A stretch of DNA of 64,000 nucleotides from Candidatus Omnitrophota bacterium (GTDB lineage Bacteria > Omnitrophota > Gorgyraeia > Tantalellales > Tantalellaceae): assembly GCA_015231405.1 (NCBI GenBank), contig JADGBR010000001.1, positions 219,964-283,963 on the forward strand, read 5' to 3'. This document shows positions 16,212 through 25,453 of this stretch, in pieces (within the stretch, counting starts at the first letter, position 1; each line of letters opens with the position of its first letter). Position numbers and translations under genes: made by a program. The notes beneath the pieces were generated by a model. The model was given only the letters and a program-made list of their open reading frames with translations, did not search any database and was not told where the DNA came from.

Positions 16212-17741
16212 ATGGAAAAGAACCGGATAATTATTTTCGATACGACCTTACGCGACGGAGAACAGACCCCTGGCGCGAGCCTGAACGCAGAGGAGAAACT
16301 GCAGATAGCCAGACAGCTGGAGGCTCTTGGAGTCGACGCCATCGAGGCGGGTTTCCCCCACTCAAGCCCCGGAGACATGGAAGCGGTTAAGAGGGTATCG
16401 AAGTACATTAAACGACCGATCATATGCGGTCTGGCGCGTGCAACCGGGAAAGATATAGATTCCGCGTATCAGGCGCTGAAAAAGGCGGCGAGGCCGAGGA
16501 TACATGTTTTTCTCGCGACGTCGAAGATACACCGGGAATTCAAGCTGCACAAAGCTAAGGACGAGATCCTGCGGCTCGCCGTCGAGGCGGTAAAATACGC
16601 CCGGAAAAAGCTGCCTGACGTGGAATTCTCTCCCGAGGACGCTTCCAGGACGGAACCTGATTTCCTTCGAGCCGTGGTTGAAGCGGTCATAAAAGCCGGT
16701 GCCGGGACTGTAAATATCCCAGATACCGTGGGGTACGCTGTGCCGGATGAGTTCGGAGGTCTGATAAAGTACCTGAAATGTAACGTCCCGAATATCGATG
16801 AGGCCGTGATAAGCGTACATTGCCATAATGATCTTGGGCTTGCCGTAAGCAATTCACAGGCCGCGGTGATGAACGGCGCCAGGCAGGTCGAGTGCACGAT
16901 GAACGGCCTGGGTGAGCGCGCCGGAAATGCCTCCTTGGAAGAGTTGATCATGGGTATCAGGATGCGGAAGGACCATTTCAAAGGCCTTTTCACCGATATC
17001 CGGACAAAGGATCTCTACAAGACCAGCCGATTGGTAAGCAAGCTCACCGGGATCGTTGTGCAGCCGAATAAAGCCATAATAGGCGAAAACGCTTTCAGTC
17101 ATGAGTCAGGGATCCACCAGGACGGGGTCCTTAAAAAAAGGGTTACCTACGAGATAATAAGGCCTGAGGATGTAGGGTTTCAGGGTACAAGGCTGGTGCT
17201 CGGAAAGCTTTCCGGGCGTCACGCTTTTTCTAACAGGCTCCAGAAGCTGGGATACGATCTCAGGGAAGAAGAGCTCAACCTCGCGTTCAAACGGTTCAAG
17301 GAACTGGCGGATAAAAAATCCATTATCTATGACGACGATCTGGCTGTCATAGTCGATGCCGGGATGTCTTCAGTACCTGAGACCTTCAAGCTCTATGATT
17401 TCACCGTCACAAGCGGAAAAAAGACCATACCAGAGGCCGTCGTAGAGATACGTAAAGGACAGGAAAAATATTCGGCAAAGGGAAGCGGCGACGGCCCCGT
17501 CGACGCCTGTTTTAAAACAGTCGACAAAGCCCTGGGTTTGAAAGGGAAACTCGTGGATTATAAGGTGGAAGCGGTGACCGGAGGTAAAGACGCACTTGGC
17601 GAGGCACATGTGAAGATAGACTTCAGCGGTAAACTCGTTATAGGGCGGGGATCATCAACCGATGTTATCGAGGCGAGCGTACTCGCTTACGTCAACGCCA
17701 TCAACCGTCTCCACCAAACCGGTAACAAGAAGGTGAAATGA
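16212..17741 (+). CDS. leuA: 2-isopropylmalate synthase
   Basis: IFDTTLRDGEQ, HCHNDLG, C-terminal LeuA dimerisation/regulatory domain; 509 aa. Confidence 0.9.
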   Translation: MEKNRIIIFDTTLRDGEQTPGASLNAEEKLQIARQLEALGVDAIEAGFPHSSPGDMEAVKRVSKYIKRPIICGLARATGKDIDSAYQALKKAARPRIHVFLATSKIHREFKLHKAKDEILRLAVEAVKYARKKLPDVEFSPEDASRTEPDFLRAVVEAVIKAGAGTVNIPDTVGYAVPDEFGGLIKYLKCNVPNIDEAVISVHCHNDLGLAVSNSQAAVMNGARQVECTMNGLGERAGNASLEELIMGIRMRKDHFKGLFTDIRTKDLYKTSRLVSKLTGIVVQPNKAIIGENAFSHESGIHQDGVLKKRVTYEIIRPEDVGFQGTRLVLGKLSGRHAFSNRLQKLGYDLREEELNLAFKRFKELADKKSIIYDDDLAVIVDAGMSSVPETFKLYDFTVTSGKKTIPEAVVEIRKGQEKYSAKGSGDGPVDACFKTVDKALGLKGKLVDYKVEAVTGGKDALGEAHVKIDFSGKLVIGRGSSTDVIEASVLAYVNAINRLHQTGNKKVK

Positions 17742-18625
17742 GCGATATGATCTATGGCCTCATCGGGAAGAACATAAGCTACTCGTTATCGCCGGTGATG
17801 CATAACGCCGCTTTCAGGTATTTTGGGATACCGGCCGAATACAGGCTCTTCGACATGGACGAGGCTTCTCTCTCGGTTTTCCTGGTAGGTATGCTTTCCG
17901 ACACTCTCATCTCCGGTGTGAATGTTACCGTTCCATATAAAATTAAAGCGATGGACGTTATCGCACGTTCGGTAAAGGGCGGTGTTGTCGATGACGGTGC
18001 GCTGGCTTCCAACGCCGTTAACACTGTCGTGAGGGAAAAAGGCTCGCTGAAAGGGTACAATACGGACGGCCGTGGGTTCATGGAATCCCTCGCGGATGAT
18101 GCCGGGTTCTCACCTCGCGGAAAAAAAGTATTCCTTTCTGGCGCGGGTGGCGCCGGCAACACCATATGTGCGCATCTTGCTTCGCTTAAGTCCGAAAAGC
18201 CCGAAGTTATCTTCGTCTGGGATGTGGATAACGAGAAAAAATGCGGTCTTGTCAGAGCGTGTAATGAAAGATACGGCGCTGGTTCGTCGGTCACCGTGAA
18301 TAAGGACGATATCGTCCAAAAATTGGAGGTATCGGACCTTGTCGTGAACGCGACGCCGCTTGGTACGAAAGCCGGAGATCCTCTGCCCTTTCCCGTTGAA
18401 CGGGTGAAGGCCGGATCGATCGTATATGACCTGGTCTACTCGAGGAAAACCGAAGTCGTAAAGATCGCCAGGGGAAGAGGAGCTAATGCTCTGGACGGCT
18501 CCGGGATGCTGGCAAACCAGGGTGCCGTCGCCTTCTCTTTATGGACCGGAAAGCCTCTCAAGGAAGTGAAAACCGTCATGAAGAAGGCTCTTCTGGACGC
18601 TTTGAGTTCAAGGAGTGAAGGATGA
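17738..18625 (+). CDS. aroE: Shikimate dehydrogenase
   Basis: YGLIG..SLSP..HN, NVTVPYK, GAGGAG Rossmann motif. ATGA overlap with the leuA stop. Confidence 0.85.
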   Translation: MSDMIYGLIGKNISYSLSPVMHNAAFRYFGIPAEYRLFDMDEASLSVFLVGMLSDTLISGVNVTVPYKIKAMDVIARSVKGGVVDDGALASNAVNTVVREKGSLKGYNTDGRGFMESLADDAGFSPRGKKVFLSGAGGAGNTICAHLASLKSEKPEVIFVWDVDNEKKCGLVRACNERYGAGSSVTVNKDDIVQKLEVSDLVVNATPLGTKAGDPLPFPVERVKAGSIVYDLVYSRKTEVVKIARGRGANALDGSGMLANQGAVAFSLWTGKPLKEVKTVMKKALLDALSSRSEG

Positions 18626-19392
18626 TAGAGGCCTTCGTTTTTATTACGGGTGCCGCGTTTGGAAGCTTTTTTAACGTGGTCATATACAGGCTTCCAAGGG
18701 GCTTGTCGATCGTATGGCCGAATTCCTTCTGCCCGGCGTGTGAAAAACCCATCAAACCGTGGGATAATATACCCCTGGTAAGTTATCTGCTTTTAAGGGG
18801 GAAATGCCGTACCTGCGGGGCGCGGATACCTGTCAGATATTTTATTGTCGAGTTTCTAACGGCCGCTCTGTCGTTAGTATTACTGTACAAATACTCTTTG
18901 TCGGTCAACTATCTTGTTCATATTTTTCTGGTTTACTTATTGCTGGTCATATCATTCATAGACATCGACCATATGTTGATACCTGATATAATCAGCTTGC
19001 CGGGCATACCGGTAGGCATCCTCTTCTCTTGTTTCTTCCCGGAGGGGGCATTCGGTTTCTCCCTGGACGGGCTTAAAGGTTCTCTCCTTGGCGTTTTAGC
19101 CGGAGGAGGAAGTATCTATCTAATGGGTGTTTTCGGGAGTATGGTTTTCCGCAAGGAGGCCATGGGCGGGGGAGACGTCAAACTTATGGGCATGATAGGT
19201 GCTTTTATGGGATGGAAATACGCTTTACTGGCTTTTTTCATAGCGCCGTTCCTGGGTCTGGTTTCGGGCGTTTATGTCCTTGTTAAAAAGAAAGATACGG
19301 TCATACCGTATGGGCCGTATCTTTCGCTGGCGGCGGTTATAAGTATGTTGTACGGGGATAAGATATTGAGAGTTTTGTTGCCTGAGATATAA
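18622..19392 (+). CDS. pilD: Type IV prepilin leader peptidase (A24 family)
   Basis: N-terminal Cys box (CPACEKPI..CRTCGARIP), polytopic membrane core with catalytic Asp regions (ISFIDIDHMLIPD, GGGDVKL). ATGA overlap with the aroE stop. Confidence 0.85.
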   Translation: MIEAFVFITGAAFGSFFNVVIYRLPRGLSIVWPNSFCPACEKPIKPWDNIPLVSYLLLRGKCRTCGARIPVRYFIVEFLTAALSLVLLYKYSLSVNYLVHIFLVYLLLVISFIDIDHMLIPDIISLPGIPVGILFSCFFPEGAFGFSLDGLKGSLLGVLAGGGSIYLMGVFGSMVFRKEAMGGGDVKLMGMIGAFMGWKYALLAFFIAPFLGLVSGVYVLVKKKDTVIPYGPYLSLAAVISMLYGDKILRVLLPEI

Positions 19393-19395
19393 ATT

Positions 19396-19485
19396 GGGTC
19401 AAGGGTTAAGGGTCAAGAAAAGGGGTAGGGTTGGGTGGTATTTAAGTATGAACATAAAAATAACCTGACCCTTGACCCCTGATCC
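19396..19485. repeat. GGGTCAA heptamer inverted-repeat hairpin with G-rich loop between pilD and aroC
   Basis: 5' arm gggtcaagggttaagggtcaag (19396-19417) pairs with 3' arm cctgacccttgacccctgatcc (19464-19485): 18 Watson-Crick + 2 GU of 22. Loop contains aggggtagggttgggtgg. Confidence 0.65.
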
Positions 19486-19504
19486 TAAAAGTAAGGAGAC
19501 ACAT

Positions 19505-20644
19505 ATGCTGCGATACATGACCGCGGGGGAGTCGCATGGGAAAGTTCTCTTAGCCATCCTTGACGGTATGCCCGCCGGGTTACGTTTAGATACAGCTCTT
19601 ATCGACGCGAATCTGTCCCGACGTATGTCAGGTTACGGTCGAGGCAAAAGGATGCAGATAGAGAAAGATACCGTAGAAGTTCTTTCCGGGACCAGAAAGG
19701 GGATTACGATAGGAAGTCCGATAGCGTTATCAGTTAAGAATAAAGACAACAGTATAGAGTCGATGCATGAGGTCACGTGTCCAAGGCCTGGACATGCCGA
19801 TCTTGCCGGAGTTTTGAAATACGGATTTATTTCCGCCCGGGACGTTCTTGAGCGCGCGAGCGCAAGGGAAACTGCCGCGAGGGTCGCCGCAGGGTCGGTC
19901 GCAAGGATCTTCCTCGCGGAGTTCGGTATTGACGTTTTTAGCCATGTTATTCAGATGGGGCCGGTCAAAGCATTTTTGGACGGTATGTCCCATTTAGATA
20001 TAAAGAAGAAAGCGCTAAGATCCGATACCGGATGCGCTGATAAAAAGGCATCGGAGCTGATGAAAGAAGAGGTCGATAAATGCGCTTCTTCAGGTGATAC
20101 CCTGGGAGGCGTTTTCGAGACCGTCATTACGGGTGTACCGGCCGGGCTGGGGTCTTACGTTCAGTGGGACAAACGTCTGGACGGGATCCTCGCGAGGTCC
20201 GTTATGGCCATACCGGCTGTGAAAGCCGTGTCGATAGGGATAGGGGTCGAAGGGGCGTCTAGAAGGGGCTCAAAGCTGCATGATACTATTTCGTACGACG
20301 CCTACGCTAAAAAATATTTAAGAGGCTCCAACAACGCCGGCGGGATCGAGGGCGGAGTAACTAACGGCGAACCTGTGATCATCTCAGGTTATATGAAACC
20401 TATCGCGACGCTGATGCGGCCGCTCCTTTCGGCGGACATGAATACAAAAAAAACGGCTAAAGCCTCCGTAGAGAGGTCGGATACAGCAGCAGTATTAGCC
20501 TCAGGGGTGGTTTCGGAAGCTGTGGTCTCTATTGAGATCGCTTCGGCTTTTATGGAAAAGTTTGGCTGCGATTCCATGAAAGATATAATGACAAACTTCA
20601 GGGAGTTCACTTTGAAGCCGTCAAAGTCCAATAAAAGAATATGA
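19505..20644 (+). CDS. aroC: Chorismate synthase
   Basis: MLRYMTAGESHG, GRGKRM, RPGHAD signature motifs. AAGGAGA RBS before ATG 19505. Confidence 0.9.
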   Translation: MLRYMTAGESHGKVLLAILDGMPAGLRLDTALIDANLSRRMSGYGRGKRMQIEKDTVEVLSGTRKGITIGSPIALSVKNKDNSIESMHEVTCPRPGHADLAGVLKYGFISARDVLERASARETAARVAAGSVARIFLAEFGIDVFSHVIQMGPVKAFLDGMSHLDIKKKALRSDTGCADKKASELMKEEVDKCASSGDTLGGVFETVITGVPAGLGSYVQWDKRLDGILARSVMAIPAVKAVSIGIGVEGASRRGSKLHDTISYDAYAKKYLRGSNNAGGIEGGVTNGEPVIISGYMKPIATLMRPLLSADMNTKKTAKASVERSDTAAVLASGVVSEAVVSIEIASAFMEKFGCDSMKDIMTNFREFTLKPSKSNKRI

Positions 20645-22176
20645 AGAACATCGTACTTGTCGGTTTTATGGGCACAGGGAAGACTTCCGTCGGAAAAATG
20701 CTTTCGATGTGCCTTGATAAACCATATATATCCGTCGACGACATTATCGAGAAGAAAGAAGGATTGAGTATTACCGATATCTTTGCCGGAAAAGGCGAGG
20801 AATATTTCAGAAAACTTGAGAGCGAGATAATAAGAGAGATCTCAGGGCGTGAGGACCAGATAATCGATACCGGAGGAGGAGCGGTCCTTAATGAAGGGAA
20901 CATAGCGGCGCTTAAACGTTCGGGCGTCCTTTTTTGTCTCACCGCCCTTCCGGAGACCATCTATAACAGGGTAAAAGAACAGGCCCATCGGCCTCTTCTG
21001 AAGGTCGATGATCCCAGAAAGAAGGTGGCGGAGCTTCTCTCGGTCCGTAAACAATTCTATGAAATGGCCGACCATATGGTACCTACGGACGATCTTGATG
21101 TTGCCCATATTTCGGGGCGGATAATAGACGTTCTTAACAGGCTGGAATCCGAGAAGGAGATACCGGATGTTTCAGGTTACTTCGCCGGCCTTTACGGCCT
21201 TCTAATAAATAAAATATTCCATTACGCAAGTGTCCCTATCATGATAACGAGTGGCGAAGGTGATGTGTGTTTCGCTAACTCGGAGTTCATCGAGATATTC
21301 GGGCTCGGATTCGCGGATATTAGAGGAAAATGCTGGATCGATCTGGTAGTTCCCCAAAATAACAGGAACGAGGCCCGCGAGAAATTCTCCTCAATAATGG
21401 AGTATGGCAAAGCTATTAAATTTACGATCCTCGTTTCCGATAAGACGGGGAGAACAAGGTTTTATAATTGGATCGTCGATACGCTCGTCAGCGGCGGCGA
21501 GAAACATCTGATATTCGCGGGCCTCAACTGCCACGACACAGTGGGGTTAGATATTAACGTCCAGCCTGCCGCCGCGCAAGAAATGATAGACAGAATATTT
21601 TCGATGTCATGGGACGAGGATCTGGAAACTTCAAAACATTCAATGAAAGTCATGGTCTACTCGCTGGAGCTTGCCGACAGGATCGGATTGCCCGAGAAAG
21701 AGAAGGAGATCCTCAGATCCGCCGCGCTCCTCCACGATATCGGGAAGATAGCGATGAACGAAAAGATACTGCTCAAGGACGGCAAACTTGACGATATTGA
21801 GTACGAACACATAAAGAACCATATTAAGTACGGCGTTGATATGATAAGACCCGTGAACATTCTTGAGGAAATACTGCCCGTCATTGACAGCCACCATGAG
21901 AATTACGACGGCAGCGGATACCCCAAGGGGCTTAAGCGGGAGGAAATATCCCTTCCTGCGAGGATCCTCAGCATCGCGGACATTTTCGACGCGTTGACGT
22001 CGTTACGGCCTTATAGAAGGTCTTTTCCGATCGAAGAGGCTATAAGGATCATGAGAAAAGAAAAAGGAAAAAAGCTCGACCCGGAACTTACGGATATTTT
22101 CATTGAACTTGTTAAAAACGGCTCTATGGATGCGAAAATAAGGAATATAGACGATAAAAATGGCTATAAACGCTAA
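20641..22176 (+). CDS. aroK: Shikimate kinase fused to a PAS-like domain and an HD-GYP phosphodiesterase domain
   Basis: Residues 1-170: Walker A GFMGTGKTSVG, DTGGG, lid (shikimate kinase). Residues ~180-300: PAS-like fold. Residues ~310-511: HD motif LLHDIGK and HHENYDGSGYPKGL (HD-GYP). Single uninterrupted 511-aa ORF; ATGA overlap with the aroC stop. Confidence 0.8.
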   Translation: MKNIVLVGFMGTGKTSVGKMLSMCLDKPYISVDDIIEKKEGLSITDIFAGKGEEYFRKLESEIIREISGREDQIIDTGGGAVLNEGNIAALKRSGVLFCLTALPETIYNRVKEQAHRPLLKVDDPRKKVAELLSVRKQFYEMADHMVPTDDLDVAHISGRIIDVLNRLESEKEIPDVSGYFAGLYGLLINKIFHYASVPIMITSGEGDVCFANSEFIEIFGLGFADIRGKCWIDLVVPQNNRNEAREKFSSIMEYGKAIKFTILVSDKTGRTRFYNWIVDTLVSGGEKHLIFAGLNCHDTVGLDINVQPAAAQEMIDRIFSMSWDEDLETSKHSMKVMVYSLELADRIGLPEKEKEILRSAALLHDIGKIAMNEKILLKDGKLDDIEYEHIKNHIKYGVDMIRPVNILEEILPVIDSHHENYDGSGYPKGLKREEISLPARILSIADIFDALTSLRPYRRSFPIEEAIRIMRKEKGKKLDPELTDIFIELVKNGSMDAKIRNIDDKNGYKR

Positions 22177-23257
22177 AGAACGCGATATTATCGCATTATC
22201 AATGGTGCCTGGAATCGGGGCGTCCAGACTTATGCGACTTGTTGATAAATTCGACAGTCTTCGACCTCTCTTCGATATGTCGCTTCCGGAATTCAAGGAG
22301 CTATTCACCCGGAACGGCGATATCACCGCATCACCCGGCGATATTCTGAGATCTGGGGAGATCGCCAGCGAGATATCTTTTATGGAGGCGGCCGGGATAA
22401 AACCGGTCTTTTCTCATGATGGTGAATATCCCGAAGCTTTGAGGAATATCGATCAACCTCCCATAATGTTATTTTCGAAGGGGACCATGATCGTAGATGA
22501 CATAAGAGCCGTTGCCATAGTGGGGGCCAGGATGTGTACCGCGTACGGACTTCGGATGGCGGAAAAATTAGCTTACGATCTGGCTAAGAACGGGATAACA
22601 GTCGTAAGCGGCCTGGCTAAAGGCATAGACCAGGCTTCTCATAGAGGTGCTCTAATGGCAGGGGGAAGGACCATCGCGGTGATGGGGTCAGGGTTCAGGA
22701 ACATATACCCGGACGGCGCTCAAAAGATGGTTGATATGATAGCTTCCAATGGGGCTGTTTTAACAGAATATCATTCAAATATGAAACCCCTTGCTTTTAA
22801 CTTTCCAGCCAGGAACAGGATAATAAGTGGCCTTTCCAGGGGTGTAGTCGTGGTGGAGGCCGGAGAAAGGAGCGGGGCGCTCATAACGGTCGATTACGCT
22901 CTTGAGCAGGGGCGCGACGTGTTCGCGGTGCCGGGTTGTGCGGATAACCGGTCAAGTCGAGGCAGCAATAAACTGATCCAGGATGGGGCTAAACTGGTGA
23001 CGAGCGCACGGGATATACTTGAGGAAATGGGGATAGAGGCATACGAACATGTCTCATTAAATGAAAGCCCGGGTAGAACGCCCGAAGGGGAGAACGAAAA
23101 AAGGGTCATTCGCGCGATCGGGAGCGGCGAGATCGGGTTTGACCTGATCAGTGAAACGACCGGTATTGAGACAGGCGCACTTCCAGGGATCCTCATCGGC
23201 CTGGAACTTAAGAACATCGTCAGAGCGCTCCCAGGCGCGAGATATGCTTTAAAGTGA
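22160..23257 (+). CDS. dprA: DNA processing protein DprA (Smf)
   Basis: Rossmann-like DprA core IVGARMCTAYG..AK..A..L...G.TVVSGLAKGID.A.H.GAL..GG.TIAV.G.G, C-terminal winged-helix; 365 aa. Classic position upstream of topA. Confidence 0.85.
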   Translation: MAINAKERDIIALSMVPGIGASRLMRLVDKFDSLRPLFDMSLPEFKELFTRNGDITASPGDILRSGEIASEISFMEAAGIKPVFSHDGEYPEALRNIDQPPIMLFSKGTMIVDDIRAVAIVGARMCTAYGLRMAEKLAYDLAKNGITVVSGLAKGIDQASHRGALMAGGRTIAVMGSGFRNIYPDGAQKMVDMIASNGAVLTEYHSNMKPLAFNFPARNRIISGLSRGVVVVEAGERSGALITVDYALEQGRDVFAVPGCADNRSSRGSNKLIQDGAKLVTSARDILEEMGIEAYEHVSLNESPGRTPEGENEKRVIRAIGSGEIGFDLISETTGIETGALPGILIGLELKNIVRALPGARYALK

Positions 23258-23327
23258 TAGGGTTGTAACGGAGATTGTGAGATCGGTACATTATTATAGA
23301 GAGAATGATCAATAAGGATGGATAGCT

Positions 23328-25394
23328 ATGGCGGTAAAGAAAAAAACGGCGTCAAAAAAGGCGAAAGGTCATTTAAAATACCTAGTAATAGTCGAGTCCC
23401 CTGCAAAGTCGAAAACGATCAATAAAATTTTGGGTGCTGACTGTAAGGTCATCGCGAGCATGGGGCACGTGATAGATCTCCCTTCAGACAGGATGGGTAT
23501 AGATTTTAAGAATGATTTTAAGCCCGAATACATGGTAATGAAGGGTCGTACGAAAAATCTCCAGGAGATAAAAAAGGAGGCCAAGAACGCTGACGCTGTA
23601 TATCTTGCCGCTGACCCTGACAGGGAAGGTGAGGCGATATGCTGGCACCTTAGCAATTATCTAAAGGATAGCGGATGCGATATGTTCCGGGTCAGGTTCG
23701 AAGAAATAACCCCGAAAGCGGTAAAAGACGCTTTCGATAACCCCGGGCAGCTGGACATGAACAAGGTCAACGCGCAGCAGGCGCGCCGGCTCCTTGACAG
23801 GATAGTCGGTTATTCGCTGTCGCCGCTTTTGTGGAGGCTGATCTCGAGGGGGCTAAGCGCCGGAAGGGTACAATCCGTATCGGTGAGGCTGATAGTCGAA
23901 AGGGAAAAGGAGATAAGGAAGTTCGTTCCTGTCGAGTATTGGAGCCTGGAAGCCGTTCTTAAGAAGGAAGAGCCCGTCATCCCCGTTGTCAAACCTGAAT
24001 TCAGGGCGAAACTCGTGAAACATAAGGGAGAAAAGATCCATGTCACTAAAAAACCGGAAATGGACACGGTGCTGGATTACCTGAAGGATAAGAAATTCAT
24101 CGTTAACGAGATAATCCGCAAGGAAAAAAAGAGTTATCCCAGAGCTCCTTTTACCACCTCCGTGTTGCAACAGGAGGGATTCAATAAACTGAACTTCTCG
24201 GCATCTAAGACCATGCGTGTCGCCCAGAGGTTATACGAAGGCGTTGAGCTTGGGGATGAGGGGAGCGTCGGTCTTATAACGTATATGCGTACGGATTCCG
24301 TAAGGATATCCGACGACGCGTCCCAGGAGGCAAAAAACTATATACTCGACAAATACGGCAAAGACTATTATCCGGATAAAAAAACAGTTTATAAGTCCAA
24401 GAGATCGGCCCAGGAAGCCCATGAGGCCATAAGGCCCACGCTGCCGCTGCGTTCGCCCGAGGAAGTAATGTCGTTCCTCGCTCCTGACGAGCTTAAACTT
24501 TATTCGTTGATATGGAAACGTTTTATCTCAAGCCAGATGACCAGCGCCTTATACTCGCTTCTTTCGGTCCATATTAACGCATCGGATTACGATTTCAGGG
24601 CTGGTGGATCCGAGATAATATTCGACGGTTATTTAAGGATGTACAGGGAACAGGGCGAAAATATTGACACAGAGCTGGCCGAGATACCCCCTTTAAGGGT
24701 TGGGGAAGAGGTAAGCCTTGTGGAGCTTATTCCAGACCAGCATTTCACGAAACCTCCCGCGAGATATTCTGACGCATCACTGGTCAAGGAGCTTGAGGAA
24801 AAAGGCATAGGGAGGCCGTCTACTTACGCTCCTATCATCAGGACGATAATAGACCGTAATTATGTCCGCAGGATACAGAAATATTTTCAGCCTACGGAGC
24901 TTGGGGAAATGGTAAATGAATTCCTCATGGCCAGTTTTCCCGAAATAGTTGATTATGAATTTACGGCAAAAATGGAAGGTGACCTTGACGAGATAGAAAG
25001 CGGGAATAAAGAGTGGCTGAGCATCGTCAGGTACTTCTACGAGCCGTTTTCCGTAAAGCTCGTCGAGGCGCAGGCCCGTGTGAAGGAAGTGAAAAAAAAG
25101 AACGTCGAGAGCGACCAGAAATGCGACCTCTGCGGTAAGACCATGGTAGTGAAATGGGGCAGACGCGGCCAATTCCTCAGCTGTTCAGCTTTTCCAACTT
25201 GCCGTTTCTCGAAATCCATTACCACAGGCGTGAAATGCCCGGTTGAGGGTTGTACCGGGGAACTTATCGAAAGAAAATCAAAGAGAGGCAGTTTTTTCGG
25301 CTGTGTCAACTTCCCCAAATGTACATATATCGCCAAGGTCCTTCCCGGAAAAAAGGCTGAAGAAACGAGCGATGATACGGTTGAGGACGAATAG
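23328..25394 (+). CDS. topA: DNA topoisomerase I
   Basis: TOPRIM start LVIVESPAKSKTI, catalytic region GLITYMRTDS, C-terminal Cys4 zinc ribbons (CDLCGKTMV..CSAFPTC, CPVEGC..CVNFPKC); 688 aa. Confidence 0.95.
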   Translation: MAVKKKTASKKAKGHLKYLVIVESPAKSKTINKILGADCKVIASMGHVIDLPSDRMGIDFKNDFKPEYMVMKGRTKNLQEIKKEAKNADAVYLAADPDREGEAICWHLSNYLKDSGCDMFRVRFEEITPKAVKDAFDNPGQLDMNKVNAQQARRLLDRIVGYSLSPLLWRLISRGLSAGRVQSVSVRLIVEREKEIRKFVPVEYWSLEAVLKKEEPVIPVVKPEFRAKLVKHKGEKIHVTKKPEMDTVLDYLKDKKFIVNEIIRKEKKSYPRAPFTTSVLQQEGFNKLNFSASKTMRVAQRLYEGVELGDEGSVGLITYMRTDSVRISDDASQEAKNYILDKYGKDYYPDKKTVYKSKRSAQEAHEAIRPTLPLRSPEEVMSFLAPDELKLYSLIWKRFISSQMTSALYSLLSVHINASDYDFRAGGSEIIFDGYLRMYREQGENIDTELAEIPPLRVGEEVSLVELIPDQHFTKPPARYSDASLVKELEEKGIGRPSTYAPIIRTIIDRNYVRRIQKYFQPTELGEMVNEFLMASFPEIVDYEFTAKMEGDLDEIESGNKEWLSIVRYFYEPFSVKLVEAQARVKEVKKKNVESDQKCDLCGKTMVVKWGRRGQFLSCSAFPTCRFSKSITTGVKCPVEGCTGELIERKSKRGSFFGCVNFPKCTYIAKVLPGKKAEETSDDTVEDE

Positions 25395-25453
25395 GAGAGA
25401 CTGTGTCACAATGCGGAATAGAGTGATACGGTCTGAAGAGGAAGCGTCGGGCA

